DNA of 64,000 bases from an uncultured Gammaproteobacteria bacterium (lineage in GTDB: Bacteria; Patescibacteriota; Patescibacteriia; Magasanikbacterales; GWA2-37-8): positions 101,600 through 165,599 of the forward strand of contig CAZWKA010000001.1 of the NCBI GenBank assembly GCA_964634875.1, given 5' to 3'. Both the position numbers and the translations under genes were made by a program. Of the stretch, positions 40,315 to 49,866 are shown in pieces; positions within the stretch are counted from its first letter, which is position 1; the number at the start of each line of letters is the position of its first letter. The notes under the pieces are model-generated. The model did no database searches. It was not told the origin of the DNA and saw nothing but the letters and a program-made list of their open reading frames with translations.

Positions 40315-40765
40315 ATGCCAAAATCCTAATTTCAAATGACAAATAAAATGTCAAAGGCTCAAAATCAAAAGTATGATTTGGAAGAGCGAACCGCACAGTT
40401 TGGGGAAGAAGTAATCCGCTTTCTTCAGAAACTAAATAAAGATATAGTTACGTCTCCTTTAATTAGTCAACTTGTTAGATCGGCTACGAGCATTGGTGCT
40501 AATTATTGTGAGGCGGATTGTGCGGAATCAAGAAAAGATTTTGAATATAAAATAGGAATTTGTAAAAAAGAGTCTAAAGAAACAAAGTATTGGTTTAGAA
40601 TGCTGGCGACAGCTTTGCCTCAAGAAAAAGAAAAATGCCGTGAGCTCTGGAAAGAATGCAATGAATTTAACTTGATATTTTCAGCGATTATCAGAAACTC
40701 TCGTAAAAATAAAAATTAGAGCTTGGGATTTTTGTTTGACATTTGAAATTAGGATTTTGACATTT
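40313..40765. repeat. 31-bp inverted repeat pair enclosing the four helix bundle gene
   Basis: 40313-40343 versus reverse complement of 40735-40765: 29/31 identical. Confidence 0.9.
40336..40719 (+). CDS. Four helix bundle protein (23S rRNA intervening-sequence protein family)
   Basis: QLVRSATSIGANYCEA..SRKDF..KESKETKYW. Confidence 0.92.
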   Translation: MTNKMSKAQNQKYDLEERTAQFGEEVIRFLQKLNKDIVTSPLISQLVRSATSIGANYCEADCAESRKDFEYKIGICKKESKETKYWFRMLATALPQEKEKCRELWKECNEFNLIFSAIIRNSRKNKN

Positions 40766-40769
40766 CATT

Positions 40770-41165
40770 ATGAATATTCTCGCCCTCGATTATGGCCGTA
40801 AACGCATTGGTGTTGCCTGGGTAGATACTGGGATCAATGTTGTCTTGCCGCTTGGAGTGATTGAAAACACTGGCGAAGCTGTTTTTACAAAACTTGCGGA
40901 TTTGATAAAAAAAGAAAATGCAGACACGGTGGTTATTGGTTTGCCTACGGGGATGGATGGCAGTGAAAATGAAAACACTAAAAATATTCGAGCTTTTGGT
41001 GAAAAACTAGAAAAGTCAATTAGTACTCCAATCGTTTTTGTTGATGAACGTTTTTCTTCGCGCCAAGCAGATGCCATGGGTCAAGGGGTGAGCCGGGATG
41101 AGAAGTCGGCGATGGTGATTTTGGACAGTTACCTTGAGAGCGTAAGGCGAAAAGCTAAAAATTAA
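40770..41165 (+). CDS. ruvX: YqgF/RuvX family nuclease
   Basis: ILALDYGRKRIGVA, VIGLP, DERFSS. Confidence 0.93.
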   Translation: MNILALDYGRKRIGVAWVDTGINVVLPLGVIENTGEAVFTKLADLIKKENADTVVIGLPTGMDGSENENTKNIRAFGEKLEKSISTPIVFVDERFSSRQADAMGQGVSRDEKSAMVILDSYLESVRRKAKN

Positions 41166-41233
41166 AAATAGCAGAGTCGCCGCGGCGACACGACAGTTTT
41201 AAATTTTTCGTTGTAAGCTTTTAGTTTTTACAC

Positions 41234-41962
41234 ATGTTATCCATCGTCCTCAAACGCCACGACTTCCGGGAAAGCGACCAGTTCATCACTCTGTTTACCG
41301 ACGAGTCTGGCAAGCGTGAAGCCTTGGCGCGTGGTGTTAAAAAAATTACGAGCAAACTTTCGGCTTACCTGACGCCGTTTTTTATTATTGAAACAGAATT
41401 AGTGCCGGGCAAGGAAACCGATCTTTTGATCATGGCCCAGCCGTACCAGGTTTTTCGCAACATTCCTGTTGATTTTGAAAAGATGTCGGTGGTAGGGTAT
41501 GCTGTGCAGTTGGTTGATGCGCTCACCGTACTCAAGCACCCGGAACCACGGATTTTTTCGCTCCTTGCAAGTTTTTTAGCGGCTTGTGACGGGGGTGGTC
41601 ATGACTCCGAGACTGTAGTTGCCAGCTTTACGCTTAAACTGCTTGCCCTGCTGGGGTGGCAGCCAGAACTGATGAAATGCCTTGTTTGCGGCAAGGTTTT
41701 GGGTAACGAACCTGGTCAATTTAGTGTGGCCGAAGGAGGGGTGCGGCATGCGACGTGCCCGAGTGTACGGCAACCTGTCGCCGGAGTGCCTGATGTCTTT
41801 CTATCATCTGCCGATAGAATTATTTTTCAAAAATTATTGACTGGCTCGTGGGATGAGCAGGTTAAAAAGGTTTCAGAACAAATCCTTAGTTTGTCGTATG
41901 TATATTTTTTGTACCATCAGCAGGGCTCCACTAAGATCGGCCGTTTTAGATTGACAGTCTAA
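41234..41962 (+). CDS. recO: DNA repair protein RecO
   Basis: IVLKR..ESD..LFT..GK..ARGVKK OB fold; CxxC region. Confidence 0.92.
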   Translation: MLSIVLKRHDFRESDQFITLFTDESGKREALARGVKKITSKLSAYLTPFFIIETELVPGKETDLLIMAQPYQVFRNIPVDFEKMSVVGYAVQLVDALTVLKHPEPRIFSLLASFLAACDGGGHDSETVVASFTLKLLALLGWQPELMKCLVCGKVLGNEPGQFSVAEGGVRHATCPSVRQPVAGVPDVFLSSADRIIFQKLLTGSWDEQVKKVSEQILSLSYVYFLYHQQGSTKIGRFRLTV

Positions 41963-42092
41963 GCTGGTTGTGGTAGGTTGAATTTTGTTTTCAGTACGTG
42001 GTGGAAGAAAAAAGTATCTTTTGCCACTGGCCTAAAATCGCGCGGAGGGCGCGAAATAGGGCTAGCGGTCTACAATCAAGAGGAGACCCTTC

Positions 42093-42464
42093 ATGAAGAG
42101 CACCTGGTTACTTCCTTTGCTTTTTGGCTTTGGCTGTAGGGCGGCGCCGCTGCCCATCTCTGATAACCCGGTGGCTGTCAGGGAGACAGTGGCGAGCTGC
42201 GAGTCGCCGCAGCGTACGTGGTCGGACTGCGCTGTGGCCTGTGTCCGCAAGGTGAATCTGGATCACGAGTACGACCCGGCGATCGACCTCTGCCGGCGAC
42301 AGCACCCCGACAACGTCAAGGGTGTGGTGGCTTGTCTCAACGACAAAGTCCCCGACTACACCGCCGCCTTCCGCGCCTGTACCAAGGACGACGGCTGCGA
42401 CAAAATCCGGGAGAACCATCCCGGCTGCTTCGGGCCTGAGGCCGTGAACCTGCCTTCGAGCTAG
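42093..42464 (+). CDS. Cys-rich putative lipoprotein, family A (one domain copy)
   Basis: FGFGC lipobox-like signal, 8 further Cys, AGGAG SD. Confidence 0.75.
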   Translation: MKSTWLLPLLFGFGCRAAPLPISDNPVAVRETVASCESPQRTWSDCAVACVRKVNLDHEYDPAIDLCRRQHPDNVKGVVACLNDKVPDYTAAFRACTKDDGCDKIRENHPGCFGPEAVNLPSS

Positions 42465-42642
42465 TCTCGGAACAACTGCAGCTTCCTTTTGACCTGGAGC
42501 CGACACTGTCGGCTCCAGTACTGTTTAAAATTAGCCGCTGACATTTTGGGAATAGTCATTAGTCGATATAGTTTCGTATAATGACTGGTTCTAAGGCGCA
42601 TGTGCTGCGTTGTCGAAGCCAGGGTTTTTATCGGAGGGAATC

Positions 42643-43263
42643 ATGTGGAAATTATACACCGGATTGTTGGTGGTTGCTGCTGGCTGTACCTCGCTGGCAA
42701 ATGTTCAGCGGCTGCGACCAGATACGCCGGTTGAGCCGTGTCACGAGGTGCAAAAACGCTACGGCGATTGCAGTCTGCTGTGTGCACAAAAGGCAGATCC
42801 TACCCAAGCAACCAATGCTGTGCTCGACAGTTGTGGCGAGAAATTCAGTGAGAGCATTGATCGGATGTTGGCTTGTTACGAAGCGGAGGCTCCGGAACAA
42901 GCGGTCGCTTACCGTTCGTGCATGCAAGACAGCGGTTGCACGAACGTCCGAGAAAGTCGGGCCAGCTGTTTTGGAGAAGGTGTGCCAACAGGTATAGCTG
43001 TCCAAGGTGATGGTCGCGATTACGAATCATGCCGAGAGGTTGAGGTGGCGTACAATGCCTGTGCGCTGAGCTGTGCTGAGCGGATTGATCCCGATGGTCC
43101 GACAGCCGATTTAATAAAGCGTTGTGCACGTGAGCTACCACCGGACACCTGTTATCGCGAGGGTAGCCCAAAAGCGCCCCAGTTCATGTGGTGCCTAAAA
43201 GCGAATGGGTGTATGGTGCGCCGCACCTTGCGTCCCGAGTGCTTTGTTCCGACTGGTGAGTAG
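42643..43263 (+). CDS. Cys-rich putative lipoprotein, family A (two domain copies)
   Basis: MWKLYTGLLVVAAGC; tandem 8-Cys domains like 42093; GGAGGG SD. Confidence 0.75.
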   Translation: MWKLYTGLLVVAAGCTSLANVQRLRPDTPVEPCHEVQKRYGDCSLLCAQKADPTQATNAVLDSCGEKFSESIDRMLACYEAEAPEQAVAYRSCMQDSGCTNVRESRASCFGEGVPTGIAVQGDGRDYESCREVEVAYNACALSCAERIDPDGPTADLIKRCARELPPDTCYREGSPKAPQFMWCLKANGCMVRRTLRPECFVPTGE

Positions 43264-43433
43264 GACAGTTCACGATATCTTCGTCCTAATTAGAGAGCCG
43301 ACAAACGTCGGCTCTCATATTGTTTTTGTATTAAAAAAACCACGTTAACAGCGTGGAAGATGGAAGTGTTGGATTAAGTTCTCCCGCCCCAAGAAAGTGT
43401 TGGGACGGGAGAACTTATGGGTGAAAGGAGCGC

Positions 43434-44369
43434 TTATTCGATGTAGCGGTGGGTATCAAAGCCCTCCGGCAGTTCGATCTCATCCAGGTGGAGGAAGGCA
43501 ACTATCGCGATGCGCAGCGCATCGGGGTGAAGTTGCTTGGGCTGCGGAACCTGGACAACACCGTGGTACAAGGGCTTCAGCCGGCCGCCGGTCAAGAGGA
43601 AGGGTTTGCAGGCGTTGAAGAGAAGGGGGCGGTTCGGCTCTGAACTGATCGGTACCCACTCATACGGCTTGCAGGGGTTGAGCCCGGGCGGATGGGGTGT
43701 CGTCAGAACATGGTCCAGATGTTCGCCGCGGTCGTCATGAAGCGCTTCCAGAGCATGTCGTGGTTGCGCGCCTTGCAGACCGGGCCCGCTTTCGTAGGCC
43801 GCATAGGTGAATGCCGAGCGATCGTTATGTCTGCCACCGATTTCGCCCGTAGTATCTTTTCGACGGCCTGTATAACCGAGAATCCGTATCACATCAAAAT
43901 TGTCTCGACCCTCTCGCCCGACCAAGGGAGTCATCTGCGTGCCCAACAAATCATCAAGCTCGCGCACGATTCCACGTGCATGATCTTGAAACCGTCGGAG
44001 CAATGACTGGCAGCTGAAGAGTAACCGCCGATGTTCTCTGAGGAATTCGGGGTTGAACTGGGTCAGCTTGTCGAACAGGGGAGCGCGGAAGTGGAACGTC
44101 TTTTTGTGATCCTTCTCCCGCTCAGGATTCGTTGGATCCGGTTGGCCAACAGATTCCCAGAACCCAGTATCCCAGTCTGGGGGCTGGCCAGGCTTTGAGA
44201 TCATATTGAATGCCCAAGCTCTCGGTTCCTTGGGGGGATTGTCGATCAAGTCCAGAAAATCCCTGACGATCAACGGAATGAGGTCGTCCGTTCTGAGTTC
44301 AACGCGCGTGATTCGGTCGCGGAGAAGTTCTTGTGCGTGGGCTCGATTCCGTGCAAGGTCCATTGTCAT
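43434..44369 (-). CDS. 2-oxoglutarate/Fe(II)-dependent oxygenase, IPNS-like
   Basis: HND (HxD), distal LYHGVV, RIAIVAF; AAGGAG SD before ATG 44369. Confidence 0.75.
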   Translation of the reverse strand: MTMDLARNRAHAQELLRDRITRVELRTDDLIPLIVRDFLDLIDNPPKEPRAWAFNMISKPGQPPDWDTGFWESVGQPDPTNPEREKDHKKTFHFRAPLFDKLTQFNPEFLREHRRLLFSCQSLLRRFQDHARGIVRELDDLLGTQMTPLVGREGRDNFDVIRILGYTGRRKDTTGEIGGRHNDRSAFTYAAYESGPGLQGAQPRHALEALHDDRGEHLDHVLTTPHPPGLNPCKPYEWVPISSEPNRPLLFNACKPFLLTGGRLKPLYHGVVQVPQPKQLHPDALRIAIVAFLHLDEIELPEGFDTHRYIE

Positions 44370-44574
44370 GGGCACACTCCTTCTAACTCGCCAGTATAGC
44401 CGAGCCAAATATTTTTGCAACTCTATTTTCCATTTATTTTTTATGCAGTGGGTATATAAAAATAAAAACAGCCTTTTGAAAAAGCTGTTTTTAAGGGAGG
44501 CCGACGGTGGTATCAGCAGGAGTCAGCCGTTTGAATGAGCGTTGTTAGGTGTGTGGTTCTTGGTCTCTTGGGTG

Positions 44575-45123
44575 CTACTCGCATCCCCACGACGTGTCGC
44601 CTTGCCACCCGGCGAAGCGGGTGTCGTCCGTGTCGCCCCGCACCTCCTGGGTGGGCGGCTCCTTCGGCTCGTTGCAGGTGAAGCGGCATTCGGCCTCAAT
44701 GTGCACATCCGGCTTCGTGAACATGTGCATGTCGCGCCGCTCACCAGTCTTCTTGTTGACGGCGACGGCGCTCGAAATCATCTGGGGGTGGGTAGTGAGC
44801 TTGTAGGCGGTCGCGCCCTCGCAGAACGGGATCGGATTCGGGTTGCAGAGGGCGTAGAAGGTTCCTGCTGGCGATCGTGAGATCTCGAGGATGTAGACCT
44901 TCTGATCCTTGTTCGGGGCGGGCGGCACATTGCAGGCGAAGCTCTTGCCGCCGTCATTGTTCGCTAGCACCACCTCCGGCTCAGAAGACCCCTCCAGGAA
45001 GGCTGAGTTCGTAGTATCGAGTGGGTGCTCCGTCGCCACGACTGCTTCTCGCTGCAAGACCGGCGCGGCGCATGCGCCCGCCATCAACGCTGACACTGCC
45101 ATCCAATTACGCATGCTGGTCAT
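44575..45123 (-). CDS. Putative lipoprotein with 6 further Cys
   Basis: LMAGAC lipobox; AAGGAGG SD; own TTGACA promoter near 45195. Confidence 0.72.
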   Translation of the reverse strand: MTSMRNWMAVSALMAGACAAPVLQREAVVATEHPLDTTNSAFLEGSSEPEVVLANNDGGKSFACNVPPAPNKDQKVYILEISRSPAGTFYALCNPNPIPFCEGATAYKLTTHPQMISSAVAVNKKTGERRDMHMFTKPDVHIEAECRFTCNEPKEPPTQEVRGDTDDTRFAGWQGDTSWGCE

Positions 45124-45274
45124 GAACGTACCTCCTTGAGTGCGCTGGGCGGTGTGCCCAGCGCAGGAAGTATACTTAACACATTTTTAGAGAATGTCAA
45201 GATAGTTCACAGATAATTTTCCACTTGCCTTTTTGGCTAAAAAGGGCTACGCTAAGCCAGTGCTATGTTACAAG

Positions 45275-45308
45275 TACTTAGTACTTAGTACTTAGTACTT
45301 GGTACTTA
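45275..45308 (+). repeat. Tandem heptamer repeat (GTACTTA)n upstream of asnS
   Basis: gtactta x3 followed by gtacttg and gtactta. Confidence 0.8.
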
Positions 45309-45332
45309 CAACTTACTACTCGTTTTAACCGT

Positions 45333-46631
45333 ATGTCCTCAATCTGCCTTTCCAAAAATCTCCACGAACACATCGGTGAAGAAGTCGTTATTCGCGGTTG
45401 GCTTTATAATAAACGTTCCAGCGGTTCGATCGCTTTTTTGGAAGTCCGTGATGGTTTTGGTTGGGTGTCGGCCGTCGCTTCTAAAAGCGCAGTGCCCGAG
45501 AGTGTCTGGGACGCTATTGAAAAACTGACCCAGGAATCCTCGCTCACGCTGAAGGGTTTGGTTAAAGTGCACCCGAAGCGTGCTAATGAGTATGAGGTTG
45601 AGGTGCGAGATGTTGAGATCATCCAGCTCGCTACCGAATATCCAATTGCCAAGAAAGAACATGGCCCGGATTTTTTGATGGAGAACCGCCACTTGTGGCT
45701 CCGGAGTAAACAACAGTGGGCAATTTTGCGTGTGCGCGACGCCATTATTATGGCCATCAACGAATATCTACATCAGGAAAATTTTATCAAAGCCGATAGC
45801 CCGATTTTTACACCCAATGCCTGCGAAGGGACGACGACTCTTTTTGCTGTACCGTATTTTGATTTAGGCACGGCCTATTTATCCCAATCTGGGCAGTTGT
45901 ATATCGAAGCAGCGATTGCCTCGGTGGGGCGCTGTTATGATTTTGGTCCAGTTTTTCGAGCGGAAAAAAGTAAAACCAAACGTCATCTCACTGAATTTTG
46001 GATGATGGATGCCGAAGGTGCCTTTGTTGAACATGAAGAAAATTTGCAAATTCAAGAAGGATTGGTGCGCCATATCGTGCGTTATTGTTTGGAACACTGT
46101 AAACAAGAGTTGGCTATTTTGGAACGCGACACTGCCAAGCTCGCACAGGCTGACGCACCGTTCACGCGCTACACGTATGACCAGGCGATTGTAAAATTAA
46201 ACGAACTTGGGTCTGATATTAAATATGGTGAAGACTTGGGCAACGATGATGAGGGGCTTTTGACCAAAGACAGTGTGGTGCCGGTCTTTATCGAAAAATG
46301 GCCCAAGGGTATTAAGCCGTTTTATATGAAACGCGACCCGAGTAACCCCGAACTAGTCCTGAATGATGACCTGATTGCGACCGATGGTGGGGGAGAGTTG
46401 ATTGGGGGGTCACAGCGTGAAGAAGATGTTGACGTGCTCATTGAACGTATTAAGCACGAAGGGCTCAACATGGAAGATTATGAATGGTACCTCGACCTGC
46501 GTCGCTATGGCAGCGTCCCACATTCTGGCTTTGGCATCGGCCTCGAGCGGGCGGTGCGCTGGATTACGGGTGTCGAGCATATTCGGGAGTGTATTCCGTT
46601 CCCACGGACGATTGGCCGTTTAAAACCATAA
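45333..46631 (+). CDS. asnS: Asparagine--tRNA ligase
   Basis: OB fold, RHLWLRS, FRAEKS..RHLTEFWM, GGSQRE, PHSGFGIGLER. Confidence 0.96.
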   Translation: MSSICLSKNLHEHIGEEVVIRGWLYNKRSSGSIAFLEVRDGFGWVSAVASKSAVPESVWDAIEKLTQESSLTLKGLVKVHPKRANEYEVEVRDVEIIQLATEYPIAKKEHGPDFLMENRHLWLRSKQQWAILRVRDAIIMAINEYLHQENFIKADSPIFTPNACEGTTTLFAVPYFDLGTAYLSQSGQLYIEAAIASVGRCYDFGPVFRAEKSKTKRHLTEFWMMDAEGAFVEHEENLQIQEGLVRHIVRYCLEHCKQELAILERDTAKLAQADAPFTRYTYDQAIVKLNELGSDIKYGEDLGNDDEGLLTKDSVVPVFIEKWPKGIKPFYMKRDPSNPELVLNDDLIATDGGGELIGGSQREEDVDVLIERIKHEGLNMEDYEWYLDLRRYGSVPHSGFGIGLERAVRWITGVEHIRECIPFPRTIGRLKP

Positions 46632-46637
46632 AATTGA

Positions 46638-46678
46638 TAAGCAAAAAAATCCCTCTAAAAAAGGGATTTTTTTGCTTA
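46638..46678 (+). terminator. Intrinsic terminator after asnS
   Basis: aaaaaaatccct..agggattttttt. Confidence 0.8.
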
Positions 46679-46899
46679 GTATAGCCAAAAAAACACGTGG
46701 ATAACTAGGGGCGAGTCTATCTTGACAACAGTCCGGTTTTGTGCTAGGGTCAGTAGTACTCGATTTTGAGTATAGCTTTTTGAAAAATAAGGCCTTGAGG
46801 ATGGGTACGAGCTTATTTAGCTATAAATAGGCTGCTATCCCGCCTCGAGACCTTCAACGTTCCAGTCTATCAACGTTCCAGTCCATAGGAGTGCAAGTC

Positions 46900-47934
46900 A
46901 TGAAGAACTCTCGTTTCCCGAACGTCCTCGTCCTCGCCCTGGGGCTGCTCGCCCTGGGTGCGAACTCGGCCAGCGCCGAGGAGCACTTCACTGGCCCCTA
47001 CCAGGACGTCACGCGCGCCGTCGTGCCCGACAAGCCCGCCGCCCCCAACTACAAGGAGATGGGCGAGAGCCTGTCGTCCTGCACGCCGCTCTACGGCGAC
47101 GCCGAGTGCCGCAAGCGCCTCGGCCTGCCCGCCTCGGCCGCCCCCGTCCCCGCCGCGCCGTCCGCCACCCAGAAGCCCACCGCCCCCGGCACCAAGGTCG
47201 TGAACAACAACCGCGTCGTCGCCGGCGGCAGCAAGTCCGTCGGCTCGGCGGCCCGCGCCACGGGCCTCAGCGAGGCCATCAGCGGCCGCGGGATCTTGGG
47301 CAGGGGCGGCAAGTACTTCGGGTTCGGCATCTACGTGCCCATCACCATGCTCCGCGGCTACGATGGCTTCGACGCCCGCCAGGCGCCGGTGCTCGGCGGC
47401 CTCGGACTCATCCTGCGCGGCGAGATGTTCAGCATGCTCGGCCTGCCCATCGGCTGGCAGATCTACGGCGGCTGGGAGAAGGGGTCAGTGCTGACGGTGC
47501 GCCAGGTCGACCTCGCCAAGGGCGAGATCAACGAGGCCTCCGGCGGCAACAACGCCGACCATCTCACCATCGGTGCTGCCCCGACCATCGGCCTGGGCCC
47601 GTTCAAGGCCTTCCTCGGCTACGCCTACCGCTACCGCCTCTCCAGCGCGACCGGCCCCAGCGATGACAAGCTCGTCGTCGTTCCCTCGGCGTCCGGGCAC
47701 GCCTTCGAGATCGGTGGCCGTGCTGACCTGTTCGGCGGCAGCGTCTCCATCTCCGCCCTGGTCGTGCCGGGCTGGGGGGAGACCTTCTACCCCGACTCCA
47801 AGGATCACCCCGGCGCGCTGAAGCTCAACCTGCCGAGCCTCGGCGACCGCATGTTCCCGGGCAAAGCGGGAGATCTCGTCCAGACGAACGAGAGGCTGAT
47901 CCTCCTCCAGCTCAGGATCGCCTTCTTCGGCTAG
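46900..47934 (+). CDS. Very GC-rich secreted protein with C-terminal beta-barrel-like domain
   Basis: Signal peptide ending ASA, Pro/Ala linker, amphipathic beta strands ending LQLRIAFFG; AGGAG SD; promoter TTGACA(46722)-17-TAGGGT(46745). Confidence 0.75.
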   Translation: MKNSRFPNVLVLALGLLALGANSASAEEHFTGPYQDVTRAVVPDKPAAPNYKEMGESLSSCTPLYGDAECRKRLGLPASAAPVPAAPSATQKPTAPGTKVVNNNRVVAGGSKSVGSAARATGLSEAISGRGILGRGGKYFGFGIYVPITMLRGYDGFDARQAPVLGGLGLILRGEMFSMLGLPIGWQIYGGWEKGSVLTVRQVDLAKGEINEASGGNNADHLTIGAAPTIGLGPFKAFLGYAYRYRLSSATGPSDDKLVVVPSASGHAFEIGGRADLFGGSVSISALVVPGWGETFYPDSKDHPGALKLNLPSLGDRMFPGKAGDLVQTNERLILLQLRIAFFG

Positions 47935-48184
47935 ACTGCCGCTATCCACACCCATCCCCGCCGCCGGCGCACCACTCGTCTTCCAAGACTTGAGTGGTGC
48001 GCCGCGGCTCTCCAATTAAATTTCTAAGGTTCCTTAGAGGTTTTGAGGAGAGAGAAACTTCTTAAAAAAAGCCTGTCACCAATTGGTGGACAGGCTTTTT
48101 TATAAGCATTGACAACTTGGCTTAAATATGGTACCCCATAAGCTTCCCTGGTCAAAATAACCTTTTTCACCTAAAGGGGTGAAC

Positions 48185-48829
48185 ATGTACTTTGTCAGAC
48201 GTTGTGCTCGTTTTCTCGTGGTCGCTGTGGCTCTGGTTCCGTTGTTTAGTATTGCGGGTTGTAACTTCCTGCGCTGGAACAGCGGAGGGAGCCAAGGGGA
48301 CAAGCCGACCGGGAGCGACACGGTTGGTAGCAGCGGCTGTGAAGGCCGTGAGTTCTGTGATGACACCACCGGCGACACAGAGGCCCAGGCAGCCTGTAAA
48401 GCCTACCGCACGTGTCTTGCAGTAACAGCTGTCGACGATCCGATGGGCTTGGGTGTGACCAAAAGCCCTGGGATTTCTGAGCCTGCTGGTACTGCCGCGG
48501 GTGCCAATTGCAATGCGGTTAAAGAGTGTCCCAAAAGTCCGACAGGCAACCACGTGTTCCGGCCAGACGATCCGCCTGAGTTTACCTATGAGGTAGACGA
48601 TGACGGTAGTTGCACCAGGACCAAGATGTTCCACTGCATCTATTGTGGTACTACCTACTCACATGCCGCGCCTCCTGAGCAGGTCACCTTGTCGGACATG
48701 CTGCGCGACCATGAGGCGGCTCTGCGACAGCAGAGCCCTGCAGCAGGGCATATCGCTTCGGTCATGCAGACTGCTGAGATGGTCGCCCGGCGACTGAAGT
48801 TGCCTGGGGTTTGTTCGCCAAGCCGCTAG
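48185..48829 (+). CDS. Cys-rich putative lipoprotein, family B
   Basis: IAGC lipobox; CEGREFCDDT, ECPKSPTGNH, CIYCGTTY. Confidence 0.75.
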   Translation: MYFVRRCARFLVVAVALVPLFSIAGCNFLRWNSGGSQGDKPTGSDTVGSSGCEGREFCDDTTGDTEAQAACKAYRTCLAVTAVDDPMGLGVTKSPGISEPAGTAAGANCNAVKECPKSPTGNHVFRPDDPPEFTYEVDDDGSCTRTKMFHCIYCGTTYSHAAPPEQVTLSDMLRDHEAALRQQSPAAGHIASVMQTAEMVARRLKLPGVCSPSR

Positions 48830-48956
48830 ACAGCATCCTCATTCTTTTCCATCCAACCTATCGTAGCGGCCAGTAGCGCCGCTCTTCTGTGCCACGCATG
48901 AGCAGTTCGTGCTGGGCAGCGAAGAATAGACATTTTAAAAAATGGAGGGAGCCAAG

Positions 48957-49703
48957 ATGATTCGAAGACACTCGCGTTACTTCGACCGTTGCGCGCCAGG
49001 CGTCCTTGGTTTGGCACTTGTCCTTTTTGGCGGTTGCAACTTTATCGGCAAGCTCGGAGGCGCCTCCGGAGACAAAGGGGGTGCCGAAGCGCCGGCTGCG
49101 AATCTGCGCTGTGAGGGACGGGAGTTCTGCGACGACACCAGCACCGACCCCGAAGCGCGCGACGCCGCGAAAGCCGCGTGTGAAGCGTACCAGAAGTGTC
49201 TTGCTACTGTTGCCGTTGACGATCCACAGAACTTGGGTGCGGCAATGAACCGTGGTGGTTCATTAGGTTCAGGGCCTGCTGATGAGGCTCGGTGTGATGC
49301 GGTTCAAGAATGTCCGCATAGTCCAACTGGTAATCATATCTTCAAGGGTGAAACGCCGCCCAAGTACATGTATACCGTCGACAAAGATGGCGCCTGCTGG
49401 AAGCAGGAAAAGATGGATTGCTCCGTGTGCGGCACGACCTACTGTGGCTATGCGCCGAAAATCAAAATCGGCCACAACGAGCTCCGACGTTCTCGCGCGG
49501 AAGCCTTCCAGAAAAGCAATGATGCCAACGCCGCCTACCAGCGAGCAATGGCGGATGGTGTGACTGGGGACGCCTTATTCGCGTTCCAGTGGACGGCTGA
49601 GGTTGCACGGCAGTACTACACCGTTTTATTCGGCGCTTACGACACCGCCGAGACGTTTGCGATTGATCACGACAAGCCGTTTCCCTGTGCACCCATGGAG
49701 TAG
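48957..49703 (+). CDS. Cys-rich putative lipoprotein, family B paralog
   Basis: FGGC lipobox; CEGREFCDDT, ECPHSPTGNH, CSVCGTTY; GGAGGGAG SD. Confidence 0.75.
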   Translation: MIRRHSRYFDRCAPGVLGLALVLFGGCNFIGKLGGASGDKGGAEAPAANLRCEGREFCDDTSTDPEARDAAKAACEAYQKCLATVAVDDPQNLGAAMNRGGSLGSGPADEARCDAVQECPHSPTGNHIFKGETPPKYMYTVDKDGACWKQEKMDCSVCGTTYCGYAPKIKIGHNELRRSRAEAFQKSNDANAAYQRAMADGVTGDALFAFQWTAEVARQYYTVLFGAYDTAETFAIDHDKPFPCAPME

Positions 49704-49866
49704 TTCCTTCATCGATTCGTCCTGCTCAGGTGGTTGTTGAGCGGGTCGTAACCCTGCCGTTCTTACAACGGCTTTCTCATTCATAGTCTAAGTTTTTAGC
49801 TTGGAAGATGAGTCCAGAAAAAGCAGTTCGTTAAGACAATCAAAACCCAACAGCGAGGTGAATGTT

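Noticed and set aside
40336-40719. Avd of a diversity-generating retroelement
   Set aside because: No reverse transcriptase or template/variable repeat pair was seen in the window.
45200-45332. T-box or leader-peptide attenuator upstream of asnS
   Set aside because: The leader is short, contains only heptamer repeats, and shows no T-box motif, Asn-rich ORF or terminator.
47106-48015. Long alternative-frame and antisense ORFs in GC-rich genes (also 6501-7025, 18940-19332, 57229-57816)
   Set aside because: Stop codons are scarce in high-GC DNA; SD position and third-position bias support only one frame in each case.
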